The position numbers and the translations under genes are program-made. Below, piece after piece: positions 15,448 through 22,232 of a DNA stretch of 46,349 nucleotides. The notes under the pieces were generated by a model. That model was not told the DNA's origin. It did not search any database and was given only the letters and a program-made list of their open reading frames with translations. This stretch comes from a virus. How positions within the stretch are numbered: position 1 is the first letter of the stretch; each line of letters starts with the position of its first letter. The DNA lies in the IMG/VR virus record IMGVR_UViG_3300025525_000001, one strand, 5' to 3'.

Positions 15448-15606
15448 TCAGATCAGGTGGGCGAGGGAGATGAGGAAGCCGCAGACCGCGCCGACGGCAC
15501 CCGCCAACAGCACGGCGCACACCCCCACGAAGATCACGATGTCGATCAGCGGCGCGCGCTCGTTGGTGCCGGGCACCGCGGGCCAGGGTTTGTGGGGGTG
15601 GGTCAC
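15448..15606 (-). CDS. Micro-ORF: 52-aa membrane protein
   Basis: Read by hand as (V/M)THPHKPWPAVPGTNERAPLIDIVIFVGVCAVLLAGAVGAVCGFLISLAHLI*. It has a GTGA overlap with the upstream stop and is absent from the ORF track. Confidence 0.5.
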   Translation of the reverse strand: MTHPHKPWPAVPGTNERAPLIDIVIFVGVCAVLLAGAVGAVCGFLISLAHLI

Positions 15607-15899
15607 TGATCCTGTTCCTTCGCTTCGATGGCATCGTTCCGGCCGTGGATGAAGCCCGCGCCGTAGACACCGTCGAGGGCCGGCGGCACGTCCTTGTACC
15701 GCTGGTCGAGAAGTCCGTCGGCCCGACCCTTATCGTACCAGGTCTGGTGCTCGGCGCTCCAGGGCGTGGGGCCCGACAGCCCGGTGAGGGCGCGCAGCCG
15801 TTCCCTGGCGGCGTGGGCTTCCGCCACTCGCTCTTCGGGCCATCCGGTAACATAGGCGTCGAACTCGACACCCGTCATGTCTTCGATGTTCTTGGTCAC
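15603..15899 (-). CDS. Hypothetical protein
   Basis: 98-aa ORF with a GTG start coupled (GTGA) to the upstream stop. Confidence 0.6.
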   Translation of the reverse strand: MTKNIEDMTGVEFDAYVTGWPEERVAEAHAARERLRALTGLSGPTPWSAEHQTWYDKGRADGLLDQRYKDVPPALDGVYGAGFIHGRNDAIEAKEQDQ

Positions 15900-16159
15900 A
15901 GCCGCGCCTCCACACCCCAGACCGGGGTGGGCAGGTCGCGGCGGAGAGCGGCCAGGGCGTTCTTGCTCAAACCGCGGAAGCCGTGGGTGGCGGCGTTGTG
16001 TTGAACGATCTTCTCGATCTTATGGGCCGCCAGCTTCAGCGCGTCGAGGAAGGCTTCCTCTTCGCCCAGGATCGGGTCCATCGTGACCACGTAGCCGTAG
16101 TGGCGCAGCGTGTTCTCGAAGTGATCGGTCAGCTGCTCAATGGTGCGGGTGTCGGCCAT
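15896..16159 (-). CDS. Hypothetical protein
   Basis: Internal ATG at 16159 (TGATG junction); 87 aa. Confidence 0.55.
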   Translation of the reverse strand: MADTRTIEQLTDHFENTLRHYGYVVTMDPILGEEEAFLDALKLAAHKIEKIVQHNAATHGFRGLSKNALAALRRDLPTPVWGVEARL

Positions 16160-16344
16160 CACATATCCTCGTAGCGAAGGGCGTCCGAATACAGAGCCTG
16201 AATAGCTTCGGCTTCGGAGCACGGGCCCAACCGGTTAACAACCCACGAGGCGTGGTCTTGGGCTTCTTGTTCGTCGCAGCCGGTGTTCATGTACATGACC
16301 GCGTTGTAGCGCAGCGCAGCGGCTTCTTTTTCGGAGACACGCAT
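16159..16344 (-). CDS. Hypothetical protein, first gene of the leftward block
   Basis: 61-aa ORF preceded by GCGAAAAGGACAAGACCG-ATG. Confidence 0.6.
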   Translation of the reverse strand: MRVSEKEAAALRYNAVMYMNTGCDEQEAQDHASWVVNRLGPCSEAEAIQALYSDALRYEDM

Positions 16345-16502
16345 CGGTCTTGTCCTTTTCGCTCGGCCGCTTGTCCGGCCTGGCCCCCTCTCTGAACCAG
16401 TCCACAGCGCCTGTCAAGCGTTTGGTTGTGAAAAAGATGGCCTTGCATCTCTCAAGCGTTTGGTTGTAAGGAGGGAGCCCAACAGCGAAAAGGACAAAGC
16501 TG
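16345..16502. promoter_or_regulatory. Divergent control region with a 16-bp direct repeat and mirrored translation-initiation regions
   Basis: TCAAGCGTTTGGTTGT occurs at 16414-16429 and 16452-16467. The inverted copies GCGAAAAGGACAA (16349-16362 on the minus strand, 16485-16499 on the plus strand) sit just before the two divergent ATGs. Confidence 0.7.
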
Positions 16503-16994
16503 ATGAGCGACCAATCCCAACCCGCAGACACGGCCGGAGAGGCGGTGGCTTGGGTCTCGAGAACCGTTCTGGCTCGACTGGCTGAAAGCGACAAGGGGTG
16601 CGAGACCGCCAATCTTTGGAAAAGCCAACCGACCAAGGAGAGCGTCGCCCTCTACGCCCATCCAAGGGCAGAGGCTCCTTCCGTAGTAGGGGCGCTGGAA
16701 ATGGCGCGGGCTTTCATCATCGACCAATATTCGTGCGCGGAGTCGTCTGCTTTGGCGGGCGACCCTATCAGTGAGGAAGCCCGACCTGTCCGCGACGCGC
16801 TGTGCGCAGCGCTAGCCGCCCTTTCATCAGCAGAAGGTCAGGGTTCATCCTCGGCTCTGGACCATCTGATAGACGAGGCATTCGACGCCGGGCCGCAACA
16901 ACCCGCATATGGGCCGTTGACCCCCGAACCAGGAGCTAACAGCCCAGATAATGGTGGTTCCGCTGCGCCGTTCAAGAATGGGGCGGGGGAATGA
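16503..16994 (+). CDS. Hypothetical protein, first gene of the rightward block
   Basis: 163-aa ORF preceded by GCGAAAAGGACAAAGCTG-ATG. It has an ATGA overlap with the methyltransferase gene. Confidence 0.65.
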   Translation: MSDQSQPADTAGEAVAWVSRTVLARLAESDKGCETANLWKSQPTKESVALYAHPRAEAPSVVGALEMARAFIIDQYSCAESSALAGDPISEEARPVRDALCAALAALSSAEGQGSSSALDHLIDEAFDAGPQQPAYGPLTPEPGANSPDNGGSAAPFKNGAGE

Positions 16995-17719
16995 TCTGCG
17001 ACCTGCGGTTCGGAGACTGCCTCGACCTGCTGCCGGCACTGGCGGACAAGTCTGTCGACCTCGTGCTGGCCGATATGCCTTACGGAACAACCCGGTGCGC
17101 GTGGGATGTCCAGATAGACCTGCAGCGTCTCTGGCCTGAACTCCGGCGGGTGTGTCGCGGGGCTATCGTCCTGTTCGCGCAGTCACCCTTCGACAAGGTG
17201 TTGGGTGCGTCCAACCTGCCGATGCTCCGCTACGAGTGGATATGGGAGAAGACCAACGCCACCGGACATCTGAACGCAAAGCGGGCTCCGATGAAGGCGC
17301 ACGAGAACGTGCTTGTCTTCTATGATGGCCGCCCGACCTACAACCCGCAGATGACGACCGGCCATGCGCGCAAGGTGGCCAAAAGCAAGTCCCGAGAGGC
17401 CTCGGTCGTATACGGCGAGCAAAGCCGTCTAGGTAGCTACGACAGCACCGAGAGATACCCGAGATCGGTGCTTACCTTCGCCAGCGACAAGCAGCGGTCG
17501 AAACTGCACCCGACGCAAAAGCCCCTTGGGCTGTGCGAATATCTTGTGCGGACGCACAGCAATCCCGGCGACACAGTTCTCGACTTCTGCATGGGGTCGG
17601 GAACAACCGGCGCTGCCTGCCAGAACCTCGGCCGTCGCTTCATCGGCATTGAATCCGATGCCTCCCACTTCGCCACTGCAGCCACGCGCCTTGGCGTCCA
17701 AACGGAGATCGCAGCATGA
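16991..17719 (+). CDS. DNA methyltransferase, beta-class N6-adenine/N4-cytosine (N6_N4_Mtase family)
   Basis: Motif IV DMPY (LADMPYG) lies N-terminal to HPTQKP and motif I FCMGSGTTG, which is the beta-class order also seen in CcrM. The protein is 242 aa. Confidence 0.85.
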   Translation: MICDLRFGDCLDLLPALADKSVDLVLADMPYGTTRCAWDVQIDLQRLWPELRRVCRGAIVLFAQSPFDKVLGASNLPMLRYEWIWEKTNATGHLNAKRAPMKAHENVLVFYDGRPTYNPQMTTGHARKVAKSKSREASVVYGEQSRLGSYDSTERYPRSVLTFASDKQRSKLHPTQKPLGLCEYLVRTHSNPGDTVLDFCMGSGTTGAACQNLGRRFIGIESDASHFATAATRLGVQTEIAA

Positions 17720-18063
17720 GCGCCCATCAACAGGATGCGGGCGGAGTGGGTGGGCTGGTGGAGCGGTTGCGGGAGGGTGCGCGAGACCTGCATCCGTATT
17801 CGCTTGGTGAGATCGACAGCCCGTCCCTGAACGTCGCGCTGCCCGCTTATCTCAATCAGGCCGCCGACCTGATTGAGCGATTCCAGCCAGCCGTGGCGTG
17901 GGCCTGCAAGACCTGCAACTCGCCGCGCGCCGTTGACCCGTGCCAGAAATGCGGAACGGCGCTGACGAAGCCCGCTGACGGCTGGGAGTGGCCGGGCCTT
18001 CCCGACATTGCCCGCATCCGGGCACTGGCCCGCGCTGCTACAGCGAGCCCGTCCCCGACGTGA
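17716..18063 (+). CDS. Hypothetical protein with CxxC...CxxC Zn ribbon
   Basis: CKTCNSPRAVDPCQKCG. The start is ATGA-coupled. Confidence 0.6.
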   Translation: MSAHQQDAGGVGGLVERLREGARDLHPYSLGEIDSPSLNVALPAYLNQAADLIERFQPAVAWACKTCNSPRAVDPCQKCGTALTKPADGWEWPGLPDIARIRALARAATASPSPT

Positions 18064-18218
18064 GGGAGGGGATAGCGGAGGCTGTGAACGAATGGCTGAT
18101 GATGCCTGACCACGGGCTTGGCCCGCGCGTTGTTAGCGGGTGCAACTTCGACCTGCTGATCGACGCCATCCTCGCACTCCTCAACCCTACCGAACAAATC
18201 AACCAGGAGAAGTCGTGA
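18060..18218 (+). CDS. Hypothetical 52-aa protein
   Basis: The GTG at 18060 overlaps the upstream stop (GTGA) and GAGGGAGG lies within the start context. The start choice is uncertain. Confidence 0.4.
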   Translation: MREGIAEAVNEWLMMPDHGLGPRVVSGCNFDLLIDAILALLNPTEQINQEKS

Positions 18219-18430
18219 AGACCACCCCCGAAGTGCAGGCCGCGATCCAGCAGGCCCTCGACAAGGCCGGTGGTCAGCGCCAGCTGGCCCTCGCTCTCGG
18301 CGTGACCCAGCAGGCGGTCAGCGCCTGGCTGAACGGCGACAAGTGGATGCCCGTCAAGCGGGCCCGCCAGGTCGAAGAGCTGACCGGCGTGCCGGCGGCG
18401 AGCATGGTCAACCCCGAAAAGGTGCTGTGA
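18215..18430 (+). CDS. Cro/YdaS-like helix-turn-helix DNA-binding protein
   Basis: The GTG at 18215 has a GGAG RBS upstream. GGQRQLALALGVTQQAVSAWLNGDKWMPVKRARQVEELTG is a Cro/YdaS-type HTH. Confidence 0.7.
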   Translation: MKTTPEVQAAIQQALDKAGGQRQLALALGVTQQAVSAWLNGDKWMPVKRARQVEELTGVPAASMVNPEKVL

Positions 18431-18678
18431 TGGACATTGCCGAAACCCTCGACCAAATCGAGCTGGAGATACACGCCGCTCGGAAGTGGGAACACTACTT
18501 CGAGCCCGCAGCGGTGCTGCTAACCTCCGTCGAGTGGGCGCACGCCGCGAGGGCTTCCTGGCCCGAAGAACCTATCTCCGCGCCTGGCGGCGAGCGCCGT
18601 TACCAAGGGCTGCTGGTCTTCCTCGTCTCGGCACCGCCCGCGAAGCGCGTGCTGTTGGCCGAGAAGGTGCTGCCGTGA
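18430..18678 (+). CDS. Hypothetical protein
   Basis: ATG at 18430 (TGATG junction); 82 aa. Confidence 0.55.
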   Translation: MDIAETLDQIELEIHAARKWEHYFEPAAVLLTSVEWAHAARASWPEEPISAPGGERRYQGLLVFLVSAPPAKRVLLAEKVLP

Positions 18679-18938
18679 GCCTGCCTCCCGCCACCATCTC
18701 CTACGACCTGTCGAACAGCCCTGATCGCGTCGCGACCAGCCTGAAGCGGGGCACGCGCTTCGTCTGCGAGCTGTTCCCCGGCGATCAGTGGACCGTCTTC
18801 AAGGGCTATGTCGTGATCGTCAACCCGGATCGGCCGCCGCGCATGTTTGACGTGGACGGCAACGCTCACGAGCTGACATTCGCCCCCGCCGACGCTCACG
18901 AGCTGACATTCGCCCCCGCCGACGAGGTGAAGTCGTGA
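18675..18938 (+). CDS. Hypothetical protein carrying an in-frame 10-aa tandem duplication
   Basis: GTG at 18675 (GTGA junction). The C-terminus reads ...NAHELTFAPADAHELTFAPADEVKS. Confidence 0.55.
   Translation: MSLPPATISYDLSNSPDRVATSLKRGTRFVCELFPGDQWTVFKGYVVIVNPDRPPRMFDVDGNAHELTFAPADAHELTFAPADEVKS
18864..18923 (+). repeat. Perfect 2 x 30-bp tandem duplication
   Basis: gctcacgagctgacattcgcccccgccgac occupies 18864-18893 and is repeated exactly at 18894-18923. Confidence 0.95.
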
Positions 18939-19213
18939 CCGACCAGTACAAGGAACCGCTGCGCGCCCGGCCTGACCCTCGCGACGAGGAGGTCCGGCTC
19001 GCTGGTCTTGTAACGGGCGGCGAGAGCCCCCGGCCGCCGCGCTACAGGCCTTACGAGGCGGTCAAGGAGAAAGACCTGACCGGCCGTATTGCGGCCCCGG
19101 GTCTGATGTTCAAACCTGACGCTCCGCGGGGCCGCAAGGTGCCGATGCCCAACGAAGGCCCTGCCCAGGCGTGGCCGGGCAAGTATCCCTCCGAACCCCG
19201 CCGCAAGGACTGA
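18935..19213 (+). CDS. Hypothetical basic/Pro-rich protein
   Basis: 92-aa ORF with a GTG start coupled (GTGA) to the upstream stop. Confidence 0.5.
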   Translation: MTDQYKEPLRARPDPRDEEVRLAGLVTGGESPRPPRYRPYEAVKEKDLTGRIAAPGLMFKPDAPRGRKVPMPNEGPAQAWPGKYPSEPRRKD

Positions 19214-19215
19214 CG

Positions 19216-20004
19216 GTGCAAAAGGACAATCTCATCGCGGCGCTCCAGCCGCTGGTTAGCCGTGCCCAGCCGAAGATACTGGACCTGTTCTGCGGCGCGG
19301 GCGGCGCGGGCATGGGCTACTCACTGGCCGGCTTCGACGTGTACGGCGTCGATCTGCTGCCTCAGAAGCGATACCCCTTCGCCTTCCACCAAGGCGACGT
19401 GATCGCGGTCGTGGAGGGGCTTCTCCGGGGCGAGCGCGTCGCCTTCACCCACCCGGGCGGGACAGTCGAGCACCTCTCGCTCACGGACTTCGACGCGATC
19501 CACGCCTCGCCGCCCTGTCAGGCGCACACGTCGCTGAAGTCGATGCATAACGCCAAGCAGCACCTCGATCTGGTCCCCGCGACTCGGCGTTTCCTTGATG
19601 ACGCGGGGGTGCCATGGATCATCGAGAACGTCGTTGGTGCTCCCCTGATTGACCCGGTAGTGCTTTGCGGCACGATGTTCGGCCTTGGTGTCTCCGACGC
19701 GGAGCTTCGCCGGCACCGCTTGTTCGAGGGGAGCTTCCCGCTCTTCGCGCCCCGCTGCCAGCATGGGAAACGGCCCCGAACAACTACCCGGCCGCGGACC
19801 ATCGGCATCTACGGGGAGGGGTGCCGCGACAGCCGGCGCAAGTTCGACAAGACGATCCCGGAGTTCACGGTCGTGGACGCGCGTGTCGCCATGGGCATCG
19901 ACTGGATGACCCTGGCCGAACTCTGCCAAGCCATCCCACCCTCGTATACCGCTTGGCTTGGCCGCCAAGTGCTCGACCAAATCCGGTTCGGAGACCTCGC
20001 ATGA
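19216..20004 (+). CDS. DNA (cytosine-5)-methyltransferase
   Basis: Motif I LDLFCGAGG, motif IV HASPPCQ (catalytic Cys), motif VI IIENV and RRHRLF. The GTG at 19216 has AAGGA 6 nt upstream. The protein is 262 aa. Confidence 0.85.
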   Translation: MQKDNLIAALQPLVSRAQPKILDLFCGAGGAGMGYSLAGFDVYGVDLLPQKRYPFAFHQGDVIAVVEGLLRGERVAFTHPGGTVEHLSLTDFDAIHASPPCQAHTSLKSMHNAKQHLDLVPATRRFLDDAGVPWIIENVVGAPLIDPVVLCGTMFGLGVSDAELRRHRLFEGSFPLFAPRCQHGKRPRTTTRPRTIGIYGEGCRDSRRKFDKTIPEFTVVDARVAMGIDWMTLAELCQAIPPSYTAWLGRQVLDQIRFGDLA

Positions 20005-22232
20005 GCGGCCTTGTAGAAGCTCTGCAGCCGCTGGTCAGCCGTGCTCGGACGGACGTGACCGCCATCAAGGCCTCGACCGGCATGGCGTGGACCCGGGAGG
20101 CGCTGACCGAAGTCCGGTTGAAGCGCCACCTGGACGGCACGATGCCCCGCGGCGTCTGCCCCATCAAGGCCGGGGAGAGCACCACCCGCATTGCCCTGTT
20201 CGACCTGGACAGCCACAAGGGGGCGACCAGCTGGGAGGAGATGTCAGGCGTGGCCTCGCGGCTTGCGGGGTCGCTTGAAGCCGAAGGCTTCCATCCGGTG
20301 CTGTTCCGCTCGACTGGCGGCAGGGGCATCCACATCTTCTTGGTGTGGAACGAGCCCCAGGACGCTTACTCTGTGCGCCGCTGCATGGACCACTTCCTCG
20401 CCTCCTTGGGTTTCGGGAACGGCGCGAAAGGGGTGGCCAACGGGGAGATCGAGGTCTTCCCCAAACAGGACAGCGTGCCCGAGCACGGCTTCGGCAACCA
20501 GTTCATCCTGCCCTTGGCCGGCAAGTCCGCGCCGCTGGAGCCGATGCTCAACTACGAGGTGATGCCCCGCGAGTATGCGCTGAAGCTGGAGTGGAAGCCC
20601 TCGGCCCCGGTGCCAGTGGTCGAGAAGCCCGAAAGGCAGCTGCGGGCTATGGACGATCAGCTTGCCGAGGCTTTCTGGTTCGGCGCGGAAGGGCCGGTGC
20701 CTAAGCTCCGCGAGGCCCTGGCCGCCATCCCCAACGACACCGATCCGCTGGGCTATGACGAGTGGCGCGACATCGTCTCGGGCATCCACCACGCCACCAG
20801 CGGCTCGGACGAGGGCTATCAGCTGGCCTATGAGTTCTCGTCCCGGGCCCCGCACTTCGATGAGGACGAGCTGGCCATCAAGGTCTGGGCCTGGCTCGAC
20901 CAGAAGGGCGAGACCGCCAACCCGATCACCGAACGCACCGTCTTCGCCAAGGCCCGCGAGCACGGGTGGGCCGACCAGGCATCGCCTGACGACTTCGAGG
21001 ATTTGACACCGGCGCTGCGCGAAGAGCAGGTCGATCTCCCCCTCCCCGGCTTCCAGCGTGATGGCAACGGCCGGATCGAGGCTGTCCTCGGCAACGTCCG
21101 ATCCGCTTTGTTGAGGCCAGACGTCTGCGGCATGGACCTTCGCTTCGACGAGTTCCGCTTCGAGATCGTCTTCGCCGACGTCGAGCACCCGGGCAAGTGG
21201 CTGGCCTTCAAGGACCACCACGCGGTCGAGCTGCGCCTGACCCTGGAGCGGATGGGCTTCAAGCCGGTCGGCCGCGAGCTGATGAGGGACGTGGTCAACT
21301 ACGTCGCCCAGCACAACGTCGTCGACACGGCCCAGGTCTGGCTGGACAGCCTGAAATGGGACGGCGTGTCGCGGGTCGGCCGCTTCTACGAGACCTACTT
21401 CGGCGTCGCCCCCTCGCCCTATAGCAGGGCGGTGTCGCGCTACACCTGGACGGCGATGGCTGGCCGCGTGCGCGTGCCCGGGGTCCAGGCCGACATGGTG
21501 CCCATCGTCACCGGGAGCCAGGGCCAGCGCAAGACAAGCGGCATCGTGGCCATGGTCCCCAACGACACCTTCCGCGAGCTGTCGTTCCACCAGTCCGAAG
21601 AGGACCGGGCCCGGCTCATGCGCGGGTGCCTGATGGTTGAACTCGCCGAGCTGTCGGGCCTCAAGACCCGGGAGAACGAACAGATTAAGGCCTGGATCAC
21701 GCGGCGCAAGGAGGACTGGACACCGAAGTACCAGGAGTTCGCCGTCTCCATGTGGCGGCGGTGCGTCATGCTGGCGACGTCCAACCCGACCGACCTGCTC
21801 GACGACCCTACAGGCGCTCGGCGGTGGTTGCCGATGGCGTCGGGGAACGTGGGTGTCGAGGGCATCGCCCGGGACCGCGACCAGCTGTGGGCCGAGGCCG
21901 ATGTCCTGTTCGCCGCCGGCGGCGTGGACTGGCGCGAAGCCCAGGCCCTGGCAGAGGACGAGCACGAGGCTTACCGCGTTGTCGATGGGTGGGAAGAGGC
22001 CATCGAACGGTGGCTTGAGACCCCCGAGCTGGACGGGTTGCTGCCCTACCCGTACGGCTTCACCACGCACCAGGCCCTGGTCGAGGGGCTCAGTTTCCGC
22101 GAAAACGCAATAAAACGCATGGACGAGACCCGTATGGCGAAGGCGCTGAAGGCCTTGGGCTACACGCAAAAAGTTACAAGAAGGAACGGGAAAGGGTTGA
22201 GACTGTGGGTCGGCAACGGACGGCAATGGTAG
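20001..22232 (+). CDS. Bifunctional primase-polymerase / VirE(D5)-type helicase
   Basis: ATG at 20001 (ATGA junction). Prim-pol motifs ALFDLDSHKG and GGRGIHIFLVW; a PriCT-like segment (WRDIVSGIHHATSGSDEGYQLAYEFS); a P-loop VTGSQGQRKTSG in a VirE-like C-terminal half. Confidence 0.85.
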   Translation: MSGLVEALQPLVSRARTDVTAIKASTGMAWTREALTEVRLKRHLDGTMPRGVCPIKAGESTTRIALFDLDSHKGATSWEEMSGVASRLAGSLEAEGFHPVLFRSTGGRGIHIFLVWNEPQDAYSVRRCMDHFLASLGFGNGAKGVANGEIEVFPKQDSVPEHGFGNQFILPLAGKSAPLEPMLNYEVMPREYALKLEWKPSAPVPVVEKPERQLRAMDDQLAEAFWFGAEGPVPKLREALAAIPNDTDPLGYDEWRDIVSGIHHATSGSDEGYQLAYEFSSRAPHFDEDELAIKVWAWLDQKGETANPITERTVFAKAREHGWADQASPDDFEDLTPALREEQVDLPLPGFQRDGNGRIEAVLGNVRSALLRPDVCGMDLRFDEFRFEIVFADVEHPGKWLAFKDHHAVELRLTLERMGFKPVGRELMRDVVNYVAQHNVVDTAQVWLDSLKWDGVSRVGRFYETYFGVAPSPYSRAVSRYTWTAMAGRVRVPGVQADMVPIVTGSQGQRKTSGIVAMVPNDTFRELSFHQSEEDRARLMRGCLMVELAELSGLKTRENEQIKAWITRRKEDWTPKYQEFAVSMWRRCVMLATSNPTDLLDDPTGARRWLPMASGNVGVEGIARDRDQLWAEADVLFAAGGVDWREAQALAEDEHEAYRVVDGWEEAIERWLETPELDGLLPYPYGFTTHQALVEGLSFRENAIKRMDETRMAKALKALGYTQKVTRRNGKGLRLWVGNGRQW

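Noticed and set aside
18215-18430. A lysogeny switch (CI/Cro pair, integrase) implying a temperate lifestyle or an integrated prophage.
   Set aside because: Only a single small Cro/YdaS-like HTH is present. There is no integrase, excisionase, CI-like repressor with a peptidase domain, or att-like repeats. The terminal repeat is inside a gene and is not an attL/attR pair.
19665-20000. 5' extensions of the longest track ORFs. Examples: primase from 19665, terL from 23627, polA to 9822, endolysin from 1289, 7529..8116, 14936..15871, 9660..10388, 5197..5622.
   Set aside because: The extensions overlap the preceding well-supported genes in another frame and are Arg/Pro/Gly-rich. In each case an internal ATG or GTG forms a 1- or 4-nt stop-start overlap with the upstream gene and begins the conserved part of the protein.
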